From the sequence record NC_041871.1: a stretch of 64,000 nt of DNA. One strand, 5' to 3'. The notes beneath the pieces were generated by a model. The model saw nothing but the letters and a program-made list of their open reading frames with translations. It did no database searches and was not told the origin of the DNA. Source of the stretch: Escherichia phage Murica. This document shows, piece after piece, positions 52,216 to 60,192 of the stretch. Every line of letters begins with the position of its first letter. Within the stretch, counting starts at the first letter, position 1. The position numbers and the translations under genes were made by a program.

Positions 52216-52545
52216 TCAGCTGTCTTTGTTTTTAGGTTTGTACATGCGCAGAGGTATGGTCTTTGTAACATTCCATTTCCTCAACCCTTCCCAGCTCCAG
52301 TTGTGGGCGTGATACCCGGTTATGCATGCACTGCTGGCGTGATCATAAGCATAAGAGAACGCTATGTGCACCAGGTGGGGCCAGTCCTTCCACGGCTGTG
52401 GACCGTAAGCCTTTCTCCAACACCGACACAAACTAATTGTCTCAAGAATAGGGAGAATAACAATTCCATATACCACCACCAGAATGGTCAGTGCAATGAT
52501 TGTCAGGAAGACATACCCTGCAGTTGAAATGATGATCTCTGTCAT
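52216..52545 (-). CDS. membrane protein
   Basis: N-terminal hydrophobic segments IIISTAGYVFLTIIALTILVVVYGIVILPIL. Confidence 0.45.
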   Translation of the reverse strand: MTEIIISTAGYVFLTIIALTILVVVYGIVILPILETISLCRCWRKAYGPQPWKDWPHLVHIAFSYAYDHASSACITGYHAHNWSWEGLRKWNVTKTIPLRMYKPKNKDS

Positions 52546-52745
52546 TTGTCGTCCCCTTTCTTACGAATATAGATGTGAGAGCCTGCCTGTATATAAATTT
52601 CTCGACCATCCTCTGCAAAGATATGAAATACACGATCACCTTCGTACTCGATACGAGATATCTTCATAATGGTCTTTCCACCTGGGATACGGATCTCGTC
52701 CCCCACAGCGATGTTCCATGCAGATTTAAGCTTAAACATCTGCAC
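52542..52745 (-). CDS. hypothetical protein
   Basis: 67-aa ORF with overlapping start. Confidence 0.4.
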   Translation of the reverse strand: MQMFKLKSAWNIAVGDEIRIPGGKTIMKISRIEYEGDRVFHIFAEDGREIYIQAGSHIYIRKKGDDK

Positions 52746-52977
52746 CCTCCTTTGGGAACTTGAACTCTGGCATAGCCATATACGCTACAACAGGGTTGTG
52801 ATCAAAGTAGAACTGACCGTTAATTATCCCGGTTTTGTCCACATAGTTACCAGATCCTGCAAGAACAACCTCGCAAGCTCCGAAATCCACATTGCCATCC
52901 TCATCAGCCATGGCTACGATATACTTTCCAAGAGGCATGTTTTTAACGCCGTCTACAAATGTCCACTCTGTGTTCAT
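52732..52977 (-). CDS. hypothetical protein
   Basis: 81-aa ORF. Confidence 0.4.
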   Translation of the reverse strand: MNTEWTFVDGVKNMPLGKYIVAMADEDGNVDFGACEVVLAGSGNYVDKTGIINGQFYFDHNPVVAYMAMPEFKFPKEGADV

Positions 52978-52986
52978 ACTTTACCC

Positions 52987-53319
52987 TTAAGGTAGCCAGT
53001 AAACAATCTCACCTTTCAGCTTCATATCGTTTCCAACATAAATTTCCCAGCCATCCATCTTAGCAACTGTAGGCCCAAAGTCATCCGCACCCCTTACCTC
53101 TTTCCAGGCTCCGTAGTCAGGTTGCCAGATATAGAATCCACCTTCTTTGTCCCATGCTCCGTACACTACGTTTAACAAGTTTCCCATTGCAACAATGGTG
53201 GGCCGTGGGAATAATACATCTACAGATGCGCCACAATTTCGGGTATCTTTTAAGTTGCAATCCCAAAAGATGTCTGCCAGTGTGGCGGCGATAGCTTTAC
53301 GTCTTTCCAAAGTTACCAT
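52987..53319 (-). CDS. hypothetical protein
   Basis: 110-aa ORF. Confidence 0.4.
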   Translation of the reverse strand: MVTLERRKAIAATLADIFWDCNLKDTRNCGASVDVLFPRPTIVAMGNLLNVVYGAWDKEGGFYIWQPDYGAWKEVRGADDFGPTVAKMDGWEIYVGNDMKLKGEIVYWLP

Positions 53320-53329
53320 GGCACGATAC

Positions 53330-53521
53330 TCACTTGTTGTTAAGAAGTTCTAAAACTTTCTGTTTTACTTTATCAAGATCTGTTGATTCAAAAACTGTGC
53401 GATATCCCCAACTTTGCCCGTAGGAGTGACTGCAATCCCCGTAGCACCATTGCTCAATTTGATAGTATTCAAGGAAGGGGTGCTGTCTAACTATGATACC
53501 ATCCCGGTTAAAAATTACCAT
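53330..53521 (-). CDS. hypothetical protein
   Basis: 63-aa ORF. Confidence 0.35.
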   Translation of the reverse strand: MVIFNRDGIIVRQHPFLEYYQIEQWCYGDCSHSYGQSWGYRTVFESTDLDKVKQKVLELLNNK

Positions 53522-53584
53522 AATACATCACTCTCTGTTAGTTTATGCATATATTATACACTGCAGTTTTCAGATGTCAATCTT

Positions 53585-53836
53585 TTACAGGTTACTCCAG
53601 TATAATCGGCATTTACATTTTGGGCAATGAGGTTCTTTTATGTAATAACCATCAGTCTTTGGAACACTTTTTGGTGCAGTTTTAAGATTGTACCTGGTAA
53701 AACATCGGAAGCAGGTTACCTCTCCCACCTGTTGATCGTTGATCCACTCACCAGAGTAAAGCTCTTTCTTGTTTCTCATAATTCTCTCCCAAATCCTCTG
53801 CAATCTTATACCAAAATCTCCAGCCAGAAAGCACAC
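53585..53836 (-). CDS. zinc-ribbon protein
   Basis: CFRC...CPKCKC cysteine pairs. Confidence 0.4.
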   Translation of the reverse strand: MCFLAGDFGIRLQRIWERIMRNKKELYSGEWINDQQVGEVTCFRCFTRYNLKTAPKSVPKTDGYYIKEPHCPKCKCRLYWSNL

Positions 53837-54031
53837 GGGAACACCTTGAGGATTGAATATTTACTTGGCTCGGAAGTTCTTTTTCCGTATGGTAGGTAGA
53901 AATACCCCCCCTGCAGATTCGAATATAGCTCCTTCGGTTGTATCTACCACAGCAAGAATTAAGATTTTAGTCTCCACAGTGCTCTCCTCTCTTAGTTGTT
54001 GTGGAAACTATATCACCTCAGAAGATGGTCG

Positions 54032-54490
54032 TCAACACTTTTTGTACTCTACTACAACCACATCAATATCTGTGGTTGCAAGATTAATTACATCTTCTAC
54101 ATGTTCCCACTTTAGACCGCCAATACCGCATCCAATTTTAGGAATGTAGAACGGCAATGACACACCTTTGAATACCTCGTTGACTCGCTCAAAACCTTTC
54201 ATTATTGAGAAGTATTCAGCATTGGGCCCTGGGTAGAACTGGGTATACAGGTTGATTCCATATACGACCCTGTTCTTGGCAAAATGCTCCCAACAAGAAA
54301 ACATACCCAGCTTGTCCAGATTACCATAGGCAGTCTCTTTGTCGGCTGCCAGTGCTTGAGGGAACTCACGGGCAATATCTTTCGCTATGCCTGCACCCAT
54401 TGTATGAAAGCAGTTACAACCGTGGATCAGGTGACCAGCACCGCTCTTAAAAAGGGAGATTAAATCTCCCGCTACAGTATCAATAATCAC
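54032..54490 (-). CDS. macrodomain protein, TARG1/OARD1-like (ADP-ribose removing)
   Basis: LIHGCNCFHTMGAGIAKDI and IPKIGCGIGGLKWEHVEDVI resemble TARG1 blocks as recalled from memory. Confidence 0.65.
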   Translation of the reverse strand: MIIDTVAGDLISLFKSGAGHLIHGCNCFHTMGAGIAKDIAREFPQALAADKETAYGNLDKLGMFSCWEHFAKNRVVYGINLYTQFYPGPNAEYFSIMKGFERVNEVFKGVSLPFYIPKIGCGIGGLKWEHVEDVINLATTDIDVVVVEYKKC

Positions 54491-54905
54491 GGTATGTCAG
54501 CTCCTCTTCCGCAATTTCAAAAAACTCATCCCAACCTTGTGGCATATTTGAGTTGCCGAAGTGGCTTTCATAGTAAAGGTTCTCACCACTTGGGAGATAG
54601 AAATCTGTTACCTCGTAGAATCCACAATCGTCGCACTCGCCTTCTTCAAACTTGGCCTCAACCTTAATACCTAGGAAGGTGAAAAGTTTATGGATATCTT
54701 CAGTTTCGAACTCCCAGTAGATATTGTTTTCCGCATCGGTGTAGAACTGGATCAGCAGACCATTATCCAGTTTACCAAAATATTCTGTGAAGTAACTACC
54801 TTCCCAGAAATCTTTATGACAAATAATATCCATGCGCTTGCCCATGATAAAGGTGTGGGCGTTTTGGGCATCGTCACGAATCAGTTTTGGCATTTCATAG
54901 ATCAT
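54480..54905 (-). CDS. hypothetical acidic protein
   Basis: 141-aa ORF overlapping the macrodomain gene start. Confidence 0.4.
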   Translation of the reverse strand: MIYEMPKLIRDDAQNAHTFIMGKRMDIICHKDFWEGSYFTEYFGKLDNGLLIQFYTDAENNIYWEFETEDIHKLFTFLGIKVEAKFEEGECDDCGFYEVTDFYLPSGENLYYESHFGNSNMPQGWDEFFEIAEEELTYRDY

Positions 54906-54973
54906 CTTAGTTCTCCGGGTTCAACAGGTGGTGGTGCTACAGGAAGATCATAAAACATAGCTATCACAGTCTC

Positions 54974-55171
54974 TTACACAGGAATTGCTTCAAACAGGCC
55001 GTTATCTATACCGTCCTTCAGATAGAGATTATATTCTATGTCGGTATCTGTATAAAGGGCAGCATCCAGCATTCTATCTGTGAGTCCATCCATTGGGTGG
55101 AGAAACCACCACCCACGCCAGTCAAAGTAACAGCCTGGTGCATCTTCTCTTACACGGATTCGATAAATCAT
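54974..55171 (-). CDS. hypothetical protein
   Basis: 65-aa ORF. Confidence 0.35.
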   Translation of the reverse strand: MIYRIRVREDAPGCYFDWRGWWFLHPMDGLTDRMLDAALYTDTDIEYNLYLKDGIDNGLFEAIPV

Positions 55172-55267
55172 GGGCAGTGGCCTCCTGTTAGTTATACATC
55201 CCAGTTTTCTTCGTTCATCACGTCCTCCCGTTCTATGAAGTTATAATTGCACACCTTTCCACCTGTG

Positions 55268-55684
55268 TCAACAGAAAACTTCAACAAACTCTTCCACAGT
55301 TTTAATGTCGTGGGAAAAAGGTTTACGGCTATAACGGGCAATAGCACTATCAACCACCGCCCGGTACTCCAAATCTTCAGAATATTTCATGAAGCATTGC
55401 AGCGTCTCTGGGCAGATAGCTAAATAGCTCCACCACCCTTCTTCAGATTGGTAGTCGAATCCCATACTTTCCAACCATGAAGCATATACTCCTGCACCCT
55501 CAAGCCAGTGAGTATTTTCATCCAGAAACTTGTTAATAGACATGTGAGCTTCTAAGCATTTATCCAGCTCTTTTCCGTTAACCAGCCACGCACTGACCGT
55601 GGCGCATCCAAGGTCTACAGATTGAGTTGACAGGTTGTATTGGTCATAGTTCTCAGGTTTAACAATGATATCTTCTAATGTCAT
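55268..55684 (-). CDS. hypothetical protein
   Basis: 138-aa acidic ORF. Confidence 0.4.
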   Translation of the reverse strand: MTLEDIIVKPENYDQYNLSTQSVDLGCATVSAWLVNGKELDKCLEAHMSINKFLDENTHWLEGAGVYASWLESMGFDYQSEEGWWSYLAICPETLQCFMKYSEDLEYRAVVDSAIARYSRKPFSHDIKTVEEFVEVFC

Positions 55685-55746
55685 TTTTTAGATCTCCTTA
55701 TACAAAAATGCCCCACCCTTTCAGGCAGGGCTATGTTAACTAAATG

Positions 55747-56973
55747 TTAAAATGGGATGTCATCATCAAAGACGTACTGTGCTGGATTCTGATCCATTGG
55801 GTCATCTTCCGCATCATTTACAGGAGGAGCGTCTACAGTGTTTTGCTGTGGAGCTGCTTCCTGTTTGGCAGCCTGAGGTTCTTGATGGTCAGTGGACTCA
55901 GCACCGTTCTTGATCCAATCGTACAACGGCTCAGCTAGATTAGTCAAGACATCTTTTGCTTCTGCAGTAATTGCCACTGCAAAATCATCAACTTTCGTTT
56001 TCTTGTCAATACGGCGACAAGCGTTCAACACCGCATTACCGACACTGGCACCTACTTCATCTTCAGTTCGGTTGGTGGCTTGAGCATACTCTTTCTTAAG
56101 CTCAATGGTGACTACGTGCAGTGTTTTAGCCACGCCCAGTGGGTCGTCTACCTTAAACCCGCGATCCAGGATGATCTGCAACGCATTGATGCTATGCCCC
56201 GTTTCCACACCGATAGGGTCGTAAGAGGATTTACGCTTGCCACCAGAGCCTTGAGTGCCGTTCTCTGCCTTAGGAGGATAGGCCTTGAAACCACTGATAA
56301 TGTTTCCGGTGTCTTTGTCAACAATGGCTGCAACACGACCACCTACCACCAGGTCTTTAAGCTGCTCATCAGTTACAACCATAGCACCTTCGCCAATCTT
56401 GTGGTCATTAACAGTAACCACGTTGCCAACAATCTGAGTCACATCACCATAGATGCGTAAAACGTCCTGATTGGCATTCTGCTGAGGTTTCTGCTTCTGG
56501 CCTTGTGATTGTGCACCTTGTTGCTGTTTTTGCTGCTGAGTCGCTGCTGGAGCCTCTCCTGCACCCAGCTTGACCATCTTAGCCAGTGAGCCTTTGTAAT
56601 AGGTCTTACCGTTATGCTCGTTTGCCTTCAAAGGAATATTTACGATCCATCCCGGCGTTACGGTTTCCCACTTGTCATCAATTTTAACAGAGACAGAGTC
56701 TTGATGACCAGGTTTAAGCAGCTTATCACCCATGCTGATCCAAACTTCTTCACCACCTTGAAGCAGGTTATCAGAGGAATCCAGTTCAGAAATCAGTAAA
56801 GAGATGGTGTGGCTGGATTCAATTTTCTTACCTTGCCACACAGTGGTTTTAATACCTGTTGTAGGATCAGCACCTTTGATAGGCTTGATGCTGACACGTT
56901 TAATCATGCCGTGAGCCAGTAAAACAGTTTCACGCGGATTCATCGGGTTAGCGAATTGTTGAATAACGCTCAT
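55747..56973 (-). CDS. ssb: single-stranded DNA-binding protein with host-type acidic tail
   Basis: C-terminus DDDIPF identical to the enterobacterial SSB tip; Gln-rich linker; extra central domain (408 aa). Confidence 0.6.
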   Translation of the reverse strand: MSVIQQFANPMNPRETVLLAHGMIKRVSIKPIKGADPTTGIKTTVWQGKKIESSHTISLLISELDSSDNLLQGGEEVWISMGDKLLKPGHQDSVSVKIDDKWETVTPGWIVNIPLKANEHNGKTYYKGSLAKMVKLGAGEAPAATQQQKQQQGAQSQGQKQKPQQNANQDVLRIYGDVTQIVGNVVTVNDHKIGEGAMVVTDEQLKDLVVGGRVAAIVDKDTGNIISGFKAYPPKAENGTQGSGGKRKSSYDPIGVETGHSINALQIILDRGFKVDDPLGVAKTLHVVTIELKKEYAQATNRTEDEVGASVGNAVLNACRRIDKKTKVDDFAVAITAEAKDVLTNLAEPLYDWIKNGAESTDHQEPQAAKQEAAPQQNTVDAPPVNDAEDDPMDQNPAQYVFDDDIPF

Positions 56974-57338
56974 TATTTGTCTCCTTGTTCTTCGTTAGTG
57001 TTTGCCGTGTGTGCAAACCCTGCTTGAATTAATTTGTCCTGAACTTGAGCCAACAGCCCCATTGCAAAACTTGTGGTCCCAGAGAGGGCCATCAGCATAT
57101 CTCGTTGTTGAGCTACCCAACCTAAGGCATAGTCCAAACGACGATATTTTTCTTCTTCACGCAGAGCTTGAAATAATTGTTCAGCCTCTGGTTGTTGTGT
57201 GAGCTCCTGAAGTCTTCCCATGAAAGAAGAAAGCACTAGTAGAAGAGACACTTGATCTTTACTTAACCCTAAGAAAAATTCTTGAGGTTGTTCTTGCTCG
57301 TTCATCGCAACCGACGCTTGATCGTTCATTTGTTCCAT
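56973..57338 (-). CDS. hypothetical protein
   Basis: 121-aa ORF; start overlaps the SSB gene. Confidence 0.4.
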   Translation of the reverse strand: MEQMNDQASVAMNEQEQPQEFFLGLSKDQVSLLLVLSSFMGRLQELTQQPEAEQLFQALREEEKYRRLDYALGWVAQQRDMLMALSGTTSFAMGLLAQVQDKLIQAGFAHTANTNEEQGDK

Positions 57339-57421
57339 TATGGAATCTCCGATTTTATTTGAACAACATAGAAGGAGACACTATTTTAGCATCCCCTTCT
57401 GCAAATTACAATAGGTATTTG

Positions 57422-57667
57422 TTAGCCAATCACTTCGAAAGTTCCCCAATTCCCGTCCAGCAGGCAGGTGATCGGATCCCCATCGTCGTCAAAGATTTCA
57501 AAGTTTTCAGCATCCAGGATGTGGCCCTCGAACACAATACTTTCGTCGCCACCACCAGAAATAACAGCGTATTCCTTACCTTGAGTCAAGTTTTGACACC
57601 CTTTGCCACCAAAACCTACTTCAACACAACGTACTTTCTGTCCTGCGCGAGCAACTACTTCAGTCAT
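57422..57667 (-). CDS. hypothetical protein
   Basis: 81-aa Gly-rich ORF. Confidence 0.4.
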   Translation of the reverse strand: MTEVVARAGQKVRCVEVGFGGKGCQNLTQGKEYAVISGGGDESIVFEGHILDAENFEIFDDDGDPITCLLDGNWGTFEVIG

Positions 57668-57684
57668 CTTAAGGTCTCCTGATA

Positions 57685-58005
57685 TTAATCGTCAAGTTCA
57701 AAATAGATTTTAACAGCTTCATCAAAGATTGGAATCCCAATGTTGTTGATAAGCTGCCAAACTACCATATCTTTACCTGGATCTGGGAGAATGTCAACCT
57801 TTCTCCATGCGCTGTATATCCAGTTCGGACCACCTTCTGCACTAACTGGCAGATTTTCACCAGCCTCCTGCAGATACTTATACAGCAAAAGATATTCTGG
57901 ATACTCTAGAACACTGTCCTCTGTAGTATATAGCAGTTCACGGTATACTTTTAAGAACCCTGCTGGGGTAATGTTTTCAGTCTTCATTTGCCGCTTCTCC
58001 TGCAT
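57685..58005 (-). CDS. hypothetical protein
   Basis: 106-aa ORF. Confidence 0.4.
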   Translation of the reverse strand: MQEKRQMKTENITPAGFLKVYRELLYTTEDSVLEYPEYLLLYKYLQEAGENLPVSAEGGPNWIYSAWRKVDILPDPGKDMVVWQLINNIGIPIFDEAVKIYFELDD

Positions 58006-58369
58006 TCATCAGGTCTGCCATAGCGTCACCTACGAAGAGAACAACCACATCGTTGACAGCGTCAGCATCATCTTTATTGACGTTGCTGAATTTAGGACAC
58101 ACCGCAATGATCATATAGACACCGTTACCAACCTGAACTGTCCGTGTGGTGCACATCATGGCGGTATTTGTGCCTTCTTTGAAGGCGAAGCCTTGAAGAC
58201 GCTCCTCTAAAGTGTTACCGGTAGATTTCAGAAGCGCCAGCTCGTCCAAGGCATAGATGATATCTCCGGAAGTTAGTGTTGCCTTTCCATCAGACACCAT
58301 AATAACTCCATCAGCACCGTCAAGCTTAGAGGCTTCAAAGATATCAATATCCCAAATATTTTTCATCAC
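57977..58369 (-). CDS. hypothetical protein
   Basis: 130-aa ORF. Confidence 0.4.
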   Translation of the reverse strand: MMKNIWDIDIFEASKLDGADGVIMVSDGKATLTSGDIIYALDELALLKSTGNTLEERLQGFAFKEGTNTAMMCTTRTVQVGNGVYMIIAVCPKFSNVNKDDADAVNDVVVLFVGDAMADLMNAGEAANED

Positions 58370-58686
58370 GCTTCCTCGTCGTCTAAAGAGTTGAAGATTT
58401 CACCGAAGTATTCTAAGACTTCTAGCTCCCGTGTGGTGCAGAAAACACAGTCACCGTTGTCATCCTCGATAACGGCCTCTTTACCCAGCACATCTACTTC
58501 AAGTTTATCGTTCAACAGGACAGCCCCTGTGTAAACTTTGTCGGCTGTGCAGTCCCGAAAAGCAGAGTCTTTCTCCAGATAGTCTGGCTTAACCTTGGCT
58601 TTAATTCGTTGGTATTGTTTGGTCATTGCTGTGGTCCCCTTTCGTTTTGATAGGGCCATTATATTAGGCTCCATCACTGTTGTCAA
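58366..58686 (-). CDS. hypothetical protein, tandem paralog of ORF 58690
   Basis: Shares SAFRDCTADKVYTGA and DNGDCVFCTTRE blocks with the adjacent ORF. Confidence 0.45.
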   Translation of the reverse strand: MTTVMEPNIMALSKRKGTTAMTKQYQRIKAKVKPDYLEKDSAFRDCTADKVYTGAVLLNDKLEVDVLGKEAVIEDDNGDCVFCTTRELEVLEYFGEIFNSLDDEEA

Positions 58687-58689
58687 GTA

Positions 58690-58944
58690 TTAATGTTCAG
58701 GTTTTACAAAAACTACTTCATTAACAGTGCACCAGACAGAGTCTCCTTCATCATCTTTAAAGGTAAGGCACTGTGCTGAGTTTTCCAGCTCATCGATCTC
58801 TTCTTGTGATAAAGGGGCCCCTTCTTCCAGGAGGGCTTTTACCAGAGGGTTCTCACAAAACTCTGCTTCATAAATTGCACCGACTGTGCAATCTTTAAAA
58901 GCTCGGTCATTTGCAACGCATTCTGACTTCAAAGTAATTTTCAT
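58690..58944 (-). CDS. hypothetical protein, tandem paralog of ORF 58366
   Basis: RAFKDCTVGAIYEA and DEGDSVWCTVNE blocks. Confidence 0.45.
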   Translation of the reverse strand: MKITLKSECVANDRAFKDCTVGAIYEAEFCENPLVKALLEEGAPLSQEEIDELENSAQCLTFKDDEGDSVWCTVNEVVFVKPEH

Positions 58945-59020
58945 CTTAGCAGTCTCCTTAGTTATTTAAAAATCAACACTCTGTTTGTGCGAAGCATCTT
59001 ATATCTAATCTTACTTCTTG

Positions 59021-59419
59021 TCAATGGCTATTTTCAATCAGCCACACAGGGTCTAGGTAAATTTGTTGGCGTGTTGCCCAATGACAAACTTCATTGTACA
59101 TCTGAATCTCTTTGTCAGTCAGTTCACGAATAGGCTCATCTATACCCTCATTTTTGTGGTAATCCCAGTCGGCATCGATTTCCCACAACCATGACTTGTT
59201 GTCACCACGCTTACGCACACAGAAGTCACCGGGACGGCCTGCCAATGCATTTAAGAACTCGTTCTCCGCTCGCTCCTGAAGAATACTAAGGAGCAAAACG
59301 TTGGAGCATGACCGTAAAATATGCTTCAGCTCACAATCATCAATCTCAACTTCAATACGTTGTTTGACTGTGTGGGTACCTTTTACTAACATCCTACCTC
59401 CTCTAAACGAACTCTGCAA
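59021..59419 (-). CDS. hypothetical protein
   Basis: 132-aa ORF. Confidence 0.4.
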   Translation of the reverse strand: MQSSFRGGRMLVKGTHTVKQRIEVEIDDCELKHILRSCSNVLLLSILQERAENEFLNALAGRPGDFCVRKRGDNKSWLWEIDADWDYHKNEGIDEPIRELTDKEIQMYNEVCHWATRQQIYLDPVWLIENSH

Positions 59420-59597
59420 GAGTTGTGTTGTTCACTGCACCGCAGTAAATGGAGTATCCCAGCCCATTAGAGTGCAGAAACCACGGCGTGCCGAAATTAT
59501 CTTTCACGTAGACATCACCGTTGTTTGTAAAGGGCCAATATTCTTCCCCAAGGGTAAAATACCTATTCATACCTTCAGCAAGATACTTTACTTTCAT
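59403..59597 (-). CDS. hypothetical protein
   Basis: 64-aa ORF. Confidence 0.35.
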   Translation of the reverse strand: MKVKYLAEGMNRYFTLGEEYWPFTNNGDVYVKDNFGTPWFLHSNGLGYSIYCGAVNNTTLAEFV

Positions 59598-59821
59598 AGG
59601 TCCTCTTCAACAACTACAAACTTGGCAAGCAAAGTGGTTCCGTAGATATGATACTCACCGTTTGCCAGGTGAGAGATATACCAGGCAACCCCTTCCTCGT
59701 CTTTAATCATTTTGTTTGCACGAGCTTTATCGTAATAAACCTCGTAGGTCTTTCCTTCTTTAAAGAAGGACAGGTCTGTCATCTTTTCTTCTACAAAAGT
59801 AGCTTTAACCAAAGTTGTCAT
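59594..59821 (-). CDS. hypothetical protein
   Basis: 75-aa ORF. Confidence 0.4.
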   Translation of the reverse strand: MTTLVKATFVEEKMTDLSFFKEGKTYEVYYDKARANKMIKDEEGVAWYISHLANGEYHIYGTTLLAKFVVVEEDL

Positions 59822-60192
59822 TGATCGGTCTCCTTCTTGTTAAGTCTGAATACTGCAATAATAGCATTCCCAAGGTGCAGTGTCAAATCATTTCCAAGAT
59901 ACCACAACATTCCACGGTCATCTTTAATGAAAGGGTAACAATCTGGTGCCTTCCAGACATTGTACACTTTCCCAACCTGAAAGAAATCAGGCCCTGTTGG
60001 GATTTTGGTGCCAGGCCACACTTGAGATACCTGAACACACTCCACCTGCATAATAACAGGGATAGTCATAGATGTAAATGTTTTTGTTGGTTCTACTACC
60101 ATAAAAATCCCCTCTTTGCTCAACAGCACCTCCCTGTGCTGATAGTTTACATTAGTGACAATCACCCCAGTTCCGACCACACAAGTATTCAC
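59818..60192 (-). CDS. hypothetical protein
   Basis: 124-aa ORF directly downstream of the polymerase gene. Confidence 0.4.
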   Translation of the reverse strand: MNTCVVGTGVIVTNVNYQHREVLLSKEGIFMVVEPTKTFTSMTIPVIMQVECVQVSQVWPGTKIPTGPDFFQVGKVYNVWKAPDCYPFIKDDRGMLWYLGNDLTLHLGNAIIAVFRLNKKETDQ

